Virus record (IMG/VR): IMGVR_UViG_3300020043_005122
Coordinates: 1 to 33,597 of that record
Direction: 5' to 3' (one strand)
DNA length: 33,597 bases
Source: a virus
Lineage: Duplodnaviria; Caudoviricetes
Shown here: positions 23,695 to 32,743 of the stretch, one piece after another
How positions within the stretch are numbered: the first letter of the stretch is position 1
Layout of the letters: each line of letters starts with the position of its first letter
The notes under the pieces: model-generated
Told to the model about the DNA's origin: nothing
Databases searched by the model: none
What the model saw: only the letters and a program-made list of their open reading frames with translations
Made by a program: the position numbers and the translations under genes

Positions 23695-25629
23695 ATGAAC
23701 TTAGAACAGTTTTATCAGTTTTTAGATTCTGTAAATGCTACAATACTAAATCCGCCCGTGCACCCATTTCGTTCGGATTGGAAACGTATCTATGAAAGCA
23801 TTAAACCTCACTTCTATGGTGAAGTGCCGCCCGCGTTGGATAAGGCTTTTCCAAATGAAGATGAACAAATATTAGCTTATAGAAAAAATACCTATCAGCC
23901 TAAAACAGAATCGCCATTGGTTAAGGCAATAACTGAATTGCATAGGCTGCTAAGTTCTGCTAAACATTCTGTACGTTTTGAAAATACAGACATGAAAGAA
24001 TTTGCCGAGAATGAAAAGTTTGGCGATTCTAATTTACAAAATTATATATTTTCTGTATTTATTCCTAACCGCGTATTAGACCCTAACGCAGTTCTACTTA
24101 TTGAACCTACAGGCGAAGGGATTGAAACTGATAACGTGCGCGTTAACATTGACATGAAAGTAATACAGTCTGATAGGATTGTTTTTAACGACCCTGAATA
24201 CAGACTACTAATATATAAAGGCATAAGCAAAAATAAATATGCTACATTAGGAATTGAAAACCCGCTGTACTATCACATAGTAACTGATATGTTTTACGCA
24301 CAAGCCCGCGCGTATGGCGATAAAACAATGTTTGAGGTTATCTATGAACATAACAGCGGCATTATGCCTTGGGTTGCTTTAGGTGGTCGCGTTGTTCCTA
24401 AATATGATTCTTATGGCAATACGTTTAAAATTTACAAGTCTGATTTTAGCCCTGCAATACCTTATCTTAATGATGCTGCTATCTTTGATAATCAGCATAA
24501 ATCGGTTATGCTTGCGACATGTTTCCCTATTAAATTTGTTGAGGGGGTTGATTGTAACAGTTGTAATGGCGTGGGGCGCGTTCCTGACCCGAACAATTAC
24601 GACACTTCAATAACATGTAAGACTTGTTTGGGACATGGCAAAACATTAAGCATTACACCGCTTGCAGCGTATAACCTAAACCCTACTACTTCGAAGTTTG
24701 GCGATAATGATAAACAGCAAGTTGAACCGATTAGATATTACAGCCCCGACGTTAGCACTATTCAGGAAACAAACAAGGTAGCCACCGAAGCGCTTGGAAA
24801 AGCTGAACAGGTGCTAAATATAAACCGTAGTTTAAAAGCTGCACAATCGGGCGTTGCAAAGGAATTAGACCGCGAACCTGAATATATCGAAGTAGGTAAA
24901 ATTAGCGATGATGTTTACGCAAGATATAAGGATGTATTAAAAATTATCCAGGCTATTGTATTTATGGATACTGAAAGTCCGATAATGGTAAATGCGCCTA
25001 TTTCGTTTGACTTGAAAACAGAAACGGAACTAATGGCAGAATTTGCAGCATCACAGCAAGGTTTGCCAGCGGCTATTAGATACGAATCATATATAAGCTA
25101 CGTAGACCGCCGTTATAATGCTGATGCTGTTGCACGCCAAATAGCAACCATTTGCGCTATGTATAACAGCGCATATCTGTATACAGTAGATGAACGTGTA
25201 CAGCTTTTAGCAAGTGGTCAAATAACCGAAAAGGATGCAATTAGCGCTCAGTTCGTTTTTGATGCTGTTACTGAATTGTATTATGACGATGGATTTGATA
25301 TTATGGGTAGCGATTACACTACTATAAAAAATGCTATTGATGCAAAGTTAGCGCCAAGGTTTGATGCGGTGGCAATACTTGAAATACCCGATGTTAATAT
25401 GGATGAATTTAACACGCCCGTAGCTAATGACATTGAAGCCGAAGCTAAAGCGAATTTGAAAGGTTCTGTAGGTGGCGTTCAGGGTATTCTTGAAATTCAA
25501 AAATCAGTATCAGAGGGCGTAACAGATTACAACGCTGCAATAGGTATTTTAGATTTGATTTATGGTATTTCACTTGATGATGCAAGGCGCATTTTAGGAA
25601 CGCCAAAAATAATTAAGCCTACAGCGTAA
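23695..25629 (+). CDS. Portal protein with an inserted CxxCxGxG zinc finger
   Basis: 644 aa, first gene of the head module. NEDEQILAYRK near the N-terminus, G.MP.V.LGG and AAQSGVAKELD (SG.AK portal motif); precedes a minor head gene. Confidence 0.8.
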   Translation: MNLEQFYQFLDSVNATILNPPVHPFRSDWKRIYESIKPHFYGEVPPALDKAFPNEDEQILAYRKNTYQPKTESPLVKAITELHRLLSSAKHSVRFENTDMKEFAENEKFGDSNLQNYIFSVFIPNRVLDPNAVLLIEPTGEGIETDNVRVNIDMKVIQSDRIVFNDPEYRLLIYKGISKNKYATLGIENPLYYHIVTDMFYAQARAYGDKTMFEVIYEHNSGIMPWVALGGRVVPKYDSYGNTFKIYKSDFSPAIPYLNDAAIFDNQHKSVMLATCFPIKFVEGVDCNSCNGVGRVPDPNNYDTSITCKTCLGHGKTLSITPLAAYNLNPTTSKFGDNDKQQVEPIRYYSPDVSTIQETNKVATEALGKAEQVLNINRSLKAAQSGVAKELDREPEYIEVGKISDDVYARYKDVLKIIQAIVFMDTESPIMVNAPISFDLKTETELMAEFAASQQGLPAAIRYESYISYVDRRYNADAVARQIATICAMYNSAYLYTVDERVQLLASGQITEKDAISAQFVFDAVTELYYDDGFDIMGSDYTTIKNAIDAKLAPRFDAVAILEIPDVNMDEFNTPVANDIEAEAKANLKGSVGGVQGILEIQKSVSEGVTDYNAAIGILDLIYGISLDDARRILGTPKIIKPTA

Positions 25630-25632
25630 CAC

Positions 25633-26484
25633 ATGGACCTCAACGCACCTGAACGAATTAACGACAAAGCAATAGAAATTTTACAAAAAAGGTACGACAA
25701 AGTAGAACCTAAATTTGTAAAGGCTGTTGTTGCGTGGATTGAAAAGTTTAGAACAAGTTCAGGTAATTTAGTTAGGTCTAAAGAAAATATTAACCGCCTT
25801 AGTACATTTAAACGTGCAATAGAACGCTATCTAATTCAGTCGGGATATAATGACATGGTAAGCGGTTTTTTGTCTAATTTCGATACTTTAGCTGCTGAAC
25901 AACAAACCATCCAAAGCGAATTAAACGGTTTAGATATAAAAAAAAGTTTTTTGAATCCTTTTAAAAGTTGGGCTGTTAATAATGTAGTTGCTGCAATGCA
26001 AGGACAAGGCTTAACAACAACGCTAATAAACCCGCTTAAACAAGAATTATTGGTAGCCGTTAATCAAGGTAGCAGCCTTACCGATGTGGTTACTTCAATC
26101 GCTGGTCAGTTAACAACTACTGAGGCACGCCAAGGCGTTTTAAAACGCATCAGCTTGCAGGCTTCGCGCGATGCGCTGTTGCAATATGATGGCGTAGTAA
26201 ATGAAGCGGTACGCAAAGTTTATAAAATGGATGCGCTGTTATACGTTGGTTCAATTGTTAAAGATAGCCGCGCACAATGTGAACGCTGGGTACGTGAAAC
26301 AAAAAACGGTAAATTAGGGTTAATATTATTTGAAGATTTAGAAAGCGAAATTGCATGGGCTGAAGATAACGGCACGGGCATGATACCAAATACAACGCCC
26401 GAAAACTTTTGCCAAAATCGCGGCGGTTTTAATTGTAGGCATATTGCCTATCCTGTTAGGTCACAAAACTATATTAAAGAATAA
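25633..26484 (+). CDS. Minor head/morphogenesis protein (SPP1 gp7 / Mu gpF-like)
   Basis: Follows the portal; Y.G....DSR..C and C-terminal GGFNCRH motifs. Confidence 0.8.
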   Translation: MDLNAPERINDKAIEILQKRYDKVEPKFVKAVVAWIEKFRTSSGNLVRSKENINRLSTFKRAIERYLIQSGYNDMVSGFLSNFDTLAAEQQTIQSELNGLDIKKSFLNPFKSWAVNNVVAAMQGQGLTTTLINPLKQELLVAVNQGSSLTDVVTSIAGQLTTTEARQGVLKRISLQASRDALLQYDGVVNEAVRKVYKMDALLYVGSIVKDSRAQCERWVRETKNGKLGLILFEDLESEIAWAEDNGTGMIPNTTPENFCQNRGGFNCRHIAYPVRSQNYIKE

Positions 26485-26485
26485 C

Positions 26486-26677
26486 ATGTTAGTCATAAAA
26501 GCAAAGAACAAGCTAAACGGTACTGAATACCAGTTCACCCCTGCGCAATGGTATGCAGAACAACAAACGGGCAATTATAATTATCTCGGTACAATTCATG
26601 TATCAGAACCCGCACAACCGATTCAAAGAACAGTAACCCCAAAACGCGGCTGCGGCTGTGCAAATAAACGTAAATAA
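26486..26677 (+). CDS. Small hypothetical protein (63 aa) ending RGCGCANKRK
   Basis: ATG 26486 lies just after the previous stop. Confidence 0.65.
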   Translation: MLVIKAKNKLNGTEYQFTPAQWYAEQQTGNYNYLGTIHVSEPAQPIQRTVTPKRGCGCANKRK

Positions 26678-26678
26678 T

Positions 26679-27023
26679 ATGGCACGTTGGTATAAGTTTG
26701 TTATTCAGTTAGAATACAATGAACAACCCTTAACACTTGAGGAACTTCAAAGCGATTTCGAAGATGCTGTAAAATGCGAAGACTACAAAGCGGCGGCAAA
26801 ATTAAGAAAACAAATAGATGAACATCTAAGCACTAATTCAGATAGCGACAAAGTTGTTCAGCTTGAAGATTATTGTTATATTGACCTCGACGAAGTTGCA
26901 ACGTTTTATAAAACTGAATGGGAGGATGGCGAAGAATTTACAAAGGTTATTTTAAAAGGCGGTTTTGAATTGCCGCTAAGTATATCATTTGAAGAGTTTA
27001 CTAAATTATTTTTTAAAGTTTAA
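26679..27023 (+). CDS. Hypothetical protein with a UVR (UvrB/UvrC) motif
   Basis: LEELQSDFEDAVKCEDYKAAAKLRKQIDE matches the UVR pattern L..L...A...E.YE.AA.LRD.I; start ATG 26679. Confidence 0.65.
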   Translation: MARWYKFVIQLEYNEQPLTLEELQSDFEDAVKCEDYKAAAKLRKQIDEHLSTNSDSDKVVQLEDYCYIDLDEVATFYKTEWEDGEEFTKVILKGGFELPLSISFEEFTKLFFKV

Positions 27024-27029
27024 ACACAC

Positions 27030-27860
27030 ATGGAAATGCTTGACAAATTTGTAGAAAAATTGGGTATAGAACCCGAACTGATTTTAAAATTAGAATCAAA
27101 CGAAATTACATTAGATGAAGCCGTAACGGGTTATGTATCTAAACTTGAACGCACCGTACAGGAACGTATAGGCAAACAGATAGAAGAAGCTAAAAGCGCT
27201 GAACTATTTGGTGCCGCATACGCTAAAACTGAAAAACAGATTGCCGATGCTTTTGCGATTGACCTAAAAAAATATGAAGCTATCGATAAAAAAGATAGGT
27301 TTAAAACTATTGTTTCTGATTTAAAAAATAGCCAATACGAAACAATCGAAAAGCTTAAATCTGAATACACTTCAGCCGATGCGCAAAAGTTGCAGCAATT
27401 AACTCAGCAGTTAGAATTAGCCAATGCTAAACTAACCGAAAAGGAAATGTTAATGCAACAAGCTATAAAAGAAGAACAGGGCAAATTTCAAAGCTACATT
27501 AAGAATCAGCAAATAGACAAGGTGCGCGGTTCACTTGTTGAATCTGTTAAAAATCCAAGATTAGCATTTAAAGAAATGCGCGCTATCTTAGAAGCCGAAA
27601 TTCGCGAACGTGGTTTAGATTTTGAAATTGATGCCGATAGTAATATTTGGGTTAATAAAGATGGCAACCGGGTAAAGCACCCATCTAAGCCAACGGAAAA
27701 CTTAAAGTACGAAACACTATTTGAAATTATAGCCGCTGAGTATAATTTTGAAAAGCAATCAAACGGTGGTCAAACAAAATCATTTGAAATTGATGAAAAA
27801 ACAAAAAGCGGCATGCACCCCGCGCGTTTAAAATACATGCAGGAAAACGGTCTAATATAG
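27030..27860 (+). CDS. Capsid scaffolding protein
   Basis: Glu/Lys/Gln-rich coiled coil with NGG near the C-terminus; directly upstream of the major capsid gene. Confidence 0.75.
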   Translation: MEMLDKFVEKLGIEPELILKLESNEITLDEAVTGYVSKLERTVQERIGKQIEEAKSAELFGAAYAKTEKQIADAFAIDLKKYEAIDKKDRFKTIVSDLKNSQYETIEKLKSEYTSADAQKLQQLTQQLELANAKLTEKEMLMQQAIKEEQGKFQSYIKNQQIDKVRGSLVESVKNPRLAFKEMRAILEAEIRERGLDFEIDADSNIWVNKDGNRVKHPSKPTENLKYETLFEIIAAEYNFEKQSNGGQTKSFEIDEKTKSGMHPARLKYMQENGLI

Positions 27861-27880
27861 TTTAGTTAGTTAATAGTTTG

Positions 27881-27910
27881 GGCAGTTCTTAGGGGCTGCC
27901 TTTTTTGTTT
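27881..27910 (+). terminator. Rho-independent terminator
   Basis: GGCAGTTC-TTAG-GGGCTGCC followed by TTTTTTGTTT. Confidence 0.8.
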
Positions 27911-27956
27911 AATAATTCTATAAAAAAATTATTTATTTATTTATTTATAAACAACT

Positions 27957-27964
27957 TATCTTTG
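27957..27964 (+). promoter_or_regulatory. Bacteroidota-type -7 box for the major capsid gene
   Basis: TATCTTTGCA after an AT-rich tract, ~110 nt upstream of the ATG. Confidence 0.7.
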
Positions 27965-28075
27965 CACTACGACCTCTCACAAAATAGGGTGCTGCGGCAC
28001 AGAAAAAAAACAGAACGCTGGCAGCGTGGAAAATGCCAAACAAAAAACAATTTTTTACAATTTAATATTCTTTAA

Positions 28076-29794
28076 ATGTCAACTATAAAACTCGCTGATG
28101 CGTGGAAAATTATAGACATATCGTTGAATAATAACAACGGTATGCGCTCCATGCCATCGCCTAATATCGGTCTATTGCAATTGCTTGTAAGCGCTGCAAA
28201 TAAATCCGCTTCACAGGTTAAACTCGGTAACGTTCAAGCTGTTGAACAAGGTAACGGTAAAGTTTACAAAGTAACCCGCCGTTTCTTTCCGCGTTTGGCT
28301 GAATCAAATAATACAAGCCTTGAATATTGCCCTACTGATGGCGATGTAGTTAAGCCTTTGTATGATGAAGTAGAAATCAAAAACAAAACGGTTTCTCAAA
28401 AAATCAAAATTGATGATGAGTTAATTCGTTGTATCAAAGAAAGCCGCGCTGATTATCAAAATAGCTATGTTAATGAAGTTCTTAGAAATCACATTAACAA
28501 GTTAGGCAAAGAAGTTTCTACAGTTGTAGCTAACGGCGGTTATGTAGGTAACTTCGTAAAATGCGATTGTAATGACCCTGCAGTAACTTCTAAAAACTTG
28601 CCTTTGTTCCTTGCTAACGGTTTAGGCATTAACCCTGTAGGTGAATCTATCCTTGATAGCGACCGCAAACAGGCTGAAATTGAACAGCAAATGGTTCTTA
28701 TCGGTGGTACTTTACTTGACCAATACCGTAAAGCACGCGCTATCGCTTCAGGTAATGACTTCGGTTTTGATGCTTCACTACTTGATATTACCCGTTCAAT
28801 TTTCTACGATACTAACTTGGGCGCTGCTTTTGGCAATCCTAATGAAGTTATTGCTATGGCACCTGGTGCGCTTCAACTTATCACTTACGCAAAAAATAAA
28901 GGTCAGTTCACATACGACTTTGAAGACCAAATGCGTACTACAGTTGTTGACCCTTGGTTAGGCATTGAGCATGATGTTGTAATGTCTTACGTTAAATGTA
29001 ATGACGAAATCGAACTATACATCCAATTCGCTACTAACTGGGCGGTTGTTGGTATGCCTAAATGTTGGGCACAGCAAGACTGTCTATTTGATGGCGTACT
29101 TGATGTATTTAAATATGAAGTAGTTTGTGCTGATACTGGATACTGCGACATCGAACCTGCATGTGGTTTTGTTGGTGCGCCAACTGCTACAGATGCAACG
29201 TTCTGCGAATCAGCTGATGAGTGCGTAGTAGCTTGTAATGCTTTGTTCTACAGCAAATCTGTAACAGCTGATAACTTTACAGGCGATGAAATTGATGTAG
29301 CTGATGCTGTTGCTATTCAAATTAACGGATTGCCTATTTCTTTAGGTGGTACATTTGATACAGGAACTTTAGCAGGTGCTAATGCTTATGTAGCTGCCGT
29401 TCAAGTTGCCTTAGCTGCCGCTGGTTATGTTTATAGCGTATCAGGTGGATGGGATGGTGTAGGTTTAACTATCTCAATTATCACTACAGCCGCTGTAACT
29501 TCAGTAGTAGTTGTTTCTGCTACAGGTGCTGATGTTGCTCTAAGTGTTTCTACAAAAACATTTACAAATATCTATGACGCTTCAACAGCTTCAACAGGTG
29601 CAACACTTACCGACCTTGCATGGACTTTAGCTGGTCCTGTTACATTTAACGGTGCGCCAACCGAATCAATTATCGGCACGCCTGATGTATTTGGTTTGTA
29701 TGGTAATTTCTTTGCTGTAGAATATACAGGTGCAACACAACTTATCATTACTGATAGTGTTGCATGCGAAGATACTGCAAATAAAACAATTTAG
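28076..29794 (+). CDS. Major capsid protein with ~200-aa C-terminal extension
   Basis: Position after the scaffold, its own promoter and terminator, and a ~360-aa core (FYD..L, APGA.QL.TY, T.VDP..G) followed by an Ala/Thr/Val/Gly-rich tail. Confidence 0.8.
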   Translation: MSTIKLADAWKIIDISLNNNNGMRSMPSPNIGLLQLLVSAANKSASQVKLGNVQAVEQGNGKVYKVTRRFFPRLAESNNTSLEYCPTDGDVVKPLYDEVEIKNKTVSQKIKIDDELIRCIKESRADYQNSYVNEVLRNHINKLGKEVSTVVANGGYVGNFVKCDCNDPAVTSKNLPLFLANGLGINPVGESILDSDRKQAEIEQQMVLIGGTLLDQYRKARAIASGNDFGFDASLLDITRSIFYDTNLGAAFGNPNEVIAMAPGALQLITYAKNKGQFTYDFEDQMRTTVVDPWLGIEHDVVMSYVKCNDEIELYIQFATNWAVVGMPKCWAQQDCLFDGVLDVFKYEVVCADTGYCDIEPACGFVGAPTATDATFCESADECVVACNALFYSKSVTADNFTGDEIDVADAVAIQINGLPISLGGTFDTGTLAGANAYVAAVQVALAAAGYVYSVSGGWDGVGLTISIITTAAVTSVVVVSATGADVALSVSTKTFTNIYDASTASTGATLTDLAWTLAGPVTFNGAPTESIIGTPDVFGLYGNFFAVEYTGATQLIITDSVACEDTANKTI

Positions 29795-29807
29795 TTTTAA
29801 TGATTCA

Positions 29808-29831
29808 GGGGCGGGAAACCGCCCCCTTTTT
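29808..29831 (+). terminator. Rho-independent terminator with GAAA tetraloop
   Basis: GGGGCGG-GAAA-CCGCCCC-CTTTTT. Confidence 0.85.
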
Positions 29832-29844
29832 AAATTATAAACAC

Positions 29845-30213
29845 ATGATAAACTATTCAAAAAAAATAGCACAAGCATTAACAATAATTCGCAAATATTA
29901 CGGCGCTATAAATGTACAGCGTACCGATAGCGAAGATGTTGTTTATCTATTCGACTATACAAGCCAAAAGAAAACAATAGGCAGTGAAAGCATTAACAAG
30001 GCTGTTGAAAAGGCTGTAAAGCAAAATGATTTTCCAAAGGATATTTATTATTCTGAAGGGCTATTATCTGTAATTCAAAAACAAGAAAATGTACAACAAC
30101 TCGAACAAGCCGAAACCATCGAAACCGATGAAGCCGTTGAAGCCGAAGAAATAACCGAAACTGAAAAGCCAAAAAAACGCGGTCGTAAAAAACAAACTGA
30201 TGCTGAATCTTAA
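29845..30213 (+). CDS. Hypothetical protein with acidic linker and basic KPKKRGRKK tail
   Basis: ATG 29845 is preferred because a 29800 start would span the terminator. Confidence 0.7.
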   Translation: MINYSKKIAQALTIIRKYYGAINVQRTDSEDVVYLFDYTSQKKTIGSESINKAVEKAVKQNDFPKDIYYSEGLLSVIQKQENVQQLEQAETIETDEAVEAEEITETEKPKKRGRKKQTDAES

Positions 30214-31180
30214 TACACCTACTTGCTTAGAAAACTACATAATTAGTCTTAACGGCTGTTATGCTGAGGGCATAGTACCTACCAGCGGTTATTATTTAGA
30301 AAACTTAGAAGGTTTAACTATAAATAATGTCGCGGCTGTTAGTTCGGAGGCGCTTATTTCTGCTACATTAACTGTACAGGAAAAAATGTATTTTGCTGCG
30401 GATGTAGTTGAAAAACGTTTAAAGGCTGTTTTAAATGCAAGGGGTATAAAATTAAATAGCATAGGTTCTAAATATGCTGTTTGTGGCGTTTCAAATATTG
30501 TTGATATGCCCGTAGCATTTAACCGAGGCATCAAAATATCTAAGAAGTGGATAGATAGCCCGCAAAGCCGTATTTTTATCGACTCAGTCAAATTTAAAGC
30601 AACTAACAACGGTAGTACAACAATTTACGTTTCAGATTATGCAGGCAATATATTATTTAGTCAGGCTGTTACTGTTTTTGCAGATACGGAAATGCACATA
30701 TTTGTTAAAAAGTACTTTAAAGAAGACCTATTATTAGTAACAATTGACACTACTAATATAGCGCCTTATCTGTACACTTGCAATGCTGCAACAAACTGCA
30801 AGCCATGCGGCGATACTGTTTTAGATGTAACTGGATGGAATGGTATAGCAGCGCAACCGCAAGGATATTTAGGCGCGTGTGTGCGTGTTGATTGTGTCGA
30901 TACTGATATTATATGCCAATTTTTAGACCGTTTAGGTATGGCAATTTTATACCAAACGGGCGTGCAAATTTTAAAAGAATGGGTTAGCCCTAACAACCGT
31001 TTAAACCTTATTAAAACACACGGTAACGAATGGGCGAATATCAAAATAACAGAATGGGAAAACGCAAGCATTGAGGCTTTAGATAACGAAATTGATAATA
31101 TTATACAGTTACTTGAAGCCGACCGATTCTGCTACAGATGTGAACCACGTTTAAGAATGTATCCAATGTTCCCAGGCTAA
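30200..31180 (+). CDS. Putative head-tail connector/structural protein (326 aa, 11 Cys)
   Basis: Gene order after the capsid; no decisive motif. Confidence 0.5.
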   Translation: MLNLNTPTCLENYIISLNGCYAEGIVPTSGYYLENLEGLTINNVAAVSSEALISATLTVQEKMYFAADVVEKRLKAVLNARGIKLNSIGSKYAVCGVSNIVDMPVAFNRGIKISKKWIDSPQSRIFIDSVKFKATNNGSTTIYVSDYAGNILFSQAVTVFADTEMHIFVKKYFKEDLLLVTIDTTNIAPYLYTCNAATNCKPCGDTVLDVTGWNGIAAQPQGYLGACVRVDCVDTDIICQFLDRLGMAILYQTGVQILKEWVSPNNRLNLIKTHGNEWANIKITEWENASIEALDNEIDNIIQLLEADRFCYRCEPRLRMYPMFPG

Positions 31181-31752
31181 TGACTATATCTGAACGCTTA
31201 GAAATACTATCACAAGTTGTAAATGATGACAATACGGCGCGTAGAATTTCGCAGGCTGCGGCGTTTCAAGTTATAGCAGAATATAAACAAAGGATATTTT
31301 TTTTAGGCTTAGATAGTTCAGGTAGTCAGATAGGAACTTATAGCGTGAACCCGTTTTATATAAACCCATTAAGCCTTACAACTGTTTCAGCTGGTGGTAT
31401 AAAGCCGCAAGGTAAAAACGGCCAAACAGTTTTTAAAAATGGCAATCCGCACAAAACAAAGTATTTAACACAAGGTTATAAAGAACTTAGGGATTTAACA
31501 GGTAGGCAATCGGGCACGGTGGATTTAAATTTTAGCGGTTCATTATTTCAGAGTATCAAAGTAACTGAAAGCGGTTTAAATAGCGCCATTACTTATACGA
31601 ATGATGAACTTGCAGCAATAATGGAATTTCAAGAATCGCCCGAACGTTTTGCAAAAGATATTTCAACCGTATCAACTGCCGAACGCGAATTAGGCGAAAC
31701 CGCTGCACGAAATGAACTATTAGCAATTTTAGAAGAAATAGATTTACTATAA
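31180..31752 (+). CDS. Putative neck/tail-completion (virion morphogenesis) protein
   Basis: VDLNFSGSLFQSI resembles the L..TG.L..SI motif of tail-completion proteins; gene order. Confidence 0.6.
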   Translation: MTISERLEILSQVVNDDNTARRISQAAAFQVIAEYKQRIFFLGLDSSGSQIGTYSVNPFYINPLSLTTVSAGGIKPQGKNGQTVFKNGNPHKTKYLTQGYKELRDLTGRQSGTVDLNFSGSLFQSIKVTESGLNSAITYTNDELAAIMEFQESPERFAKDISTVSTAERELGETAARNELLAILEEIDLL

Positions 31753-32324
31753 TGTACGTAACACAAAATATAATAACCGAACTAATCAAACAGATTGATA
31801 CTGCAATGGCATCCGTAAATGTAAACGTTCACGGTAATGGCATAGCGGTTAAAGATACTGCGGGTCAGGTTGTTACTTTGAATGTTACGCAAAACGGCAC
31901 ACGAAACTATGTTGGCATCACAGACACCGCGCGAACGGGCTATTATATCCGTGTTAATGGTATTGTTTCGGAAACAAGAAAAGCAGCAAATACAAAGCGC
32001 GGAAGTTGTGGAATCGAATTGGATGTGCGTGTTCCACTTAAATTAGTTTTTTGGCATGTTTGCGCTGACCCGCGTATGCTTTTAGATAGCGTTAAATTTG
32101 CGCTGTATGGTGCTAACTTTAAAGGCATACAATGGCAATATGCAATAGTTAACCCGCGCTTGTTCCCTGTAAGTAATGAAGTTTTACCTTGGACCGTTTA
32201 CGCGGCTGAAACAGGCAAAGACCCAAAAACGCTATTAAGCCTAATGCAAATAGTTAGTTTAGATTTTGAGTTACGTTATGATTTTAGCCTAACTGAAAAA
32301 TGTAAGCCGTTTACGATATGTTAA
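31752..32324 (+). CDS. Putative tail terminator/structural protein
   Basis: 190 aa, coupled to the neck gene; gene order only. Confidence 0.45.
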   Translation: MYVTQNIITELIKQIDTAMASVNVNVHGNGIAVKDTAGQVVTLNVTQNGTRNYVGITDTARTGYYIRVNGIVSETRKAANTKRGSCGIELDVRVPLKLVFWHVCADPRMLLDSVKFALYGANFKGIQWQYAIVNPRLFPVSNEVLPWTVYAAETGKDPKTLLSLMQIVSLDFELRYDFSLTEKCKPFTIC

Positions 32325-32367
32325 GATTCACTATGCCGCCAAGTTTCGCTACCTTAGGCAATTAGTT

Positions 32368-32396
32368 AGGGGGTTGGAATCAATACCCCCTTTTTT
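32368..32396 (+). terminator. Rho-independent terminator
   Basis: AGGGGGT...ACCCCCT running into a T-run. Confidence 0.75.
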
Positions 32397-32419
32397 AGAA
32401 AAAATTAAACTTTAAATAT

Positions 32420-32743
32420 ATGCCTTGTTGTAATTGTTGTGAAAAAACCTTAAATTTGGGCTGTCTTAACGCTTGTAATGCTGTTTATGATACGGGCATT
32501 GTTGTAGATGCACTAACTGCGGGCACTTGGGTTTTAGAATTAACTTTTGGTTCTGTAAATATTTATTATAGTGTTAATGTTTTAGATGGTGAAACGGTAA
32601 TATTTACACTTACAAACCTAAATGAAAGTTACACCTACTCAGGACAAATAATTGACCCTAACGGCGAAATTGTTACACTTGAAGTTAATGGCATCGAATA
32701 TGATTGTATTGAATTTAGTACTAAAATAATAATAAACCAATGA
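32420..32743 (+). CDS. Cys-rich hypothetical structural protein (MPCCNCC...)
   Basis: 107-aa ORF coupled to the tail fibre gene. Confidence 0.65.
   Translation: MPCCNCCEKTLNLGCLNACNAVYDTGIVVDALTAGTWVLELTFGSVNIYYSVNVLDGETVIFTLTNLNESYTYSGQIIDPNGEIVTLEVNGIEYDCIEFSTKIIINQ

Noticed and set aside
27929-27948. (TATT)n microsatellite upstream of the capsid promoter
   Set aside because: A short low-complexity run in very AT-rich DNA, with no evidence of function.
27961-28075. tRNA or preQ1-type riboswitch in the capsid leader
   Set aside because: No cloverleaf or T-loop; the stems and loops are too short for the preQ1-I consensus.
30100-30170. GAA(A/G)CC repeats in the 29845 gene
   Set aside because: Explained by the Glu/Thr/Ala low-complexity linker it encodes.
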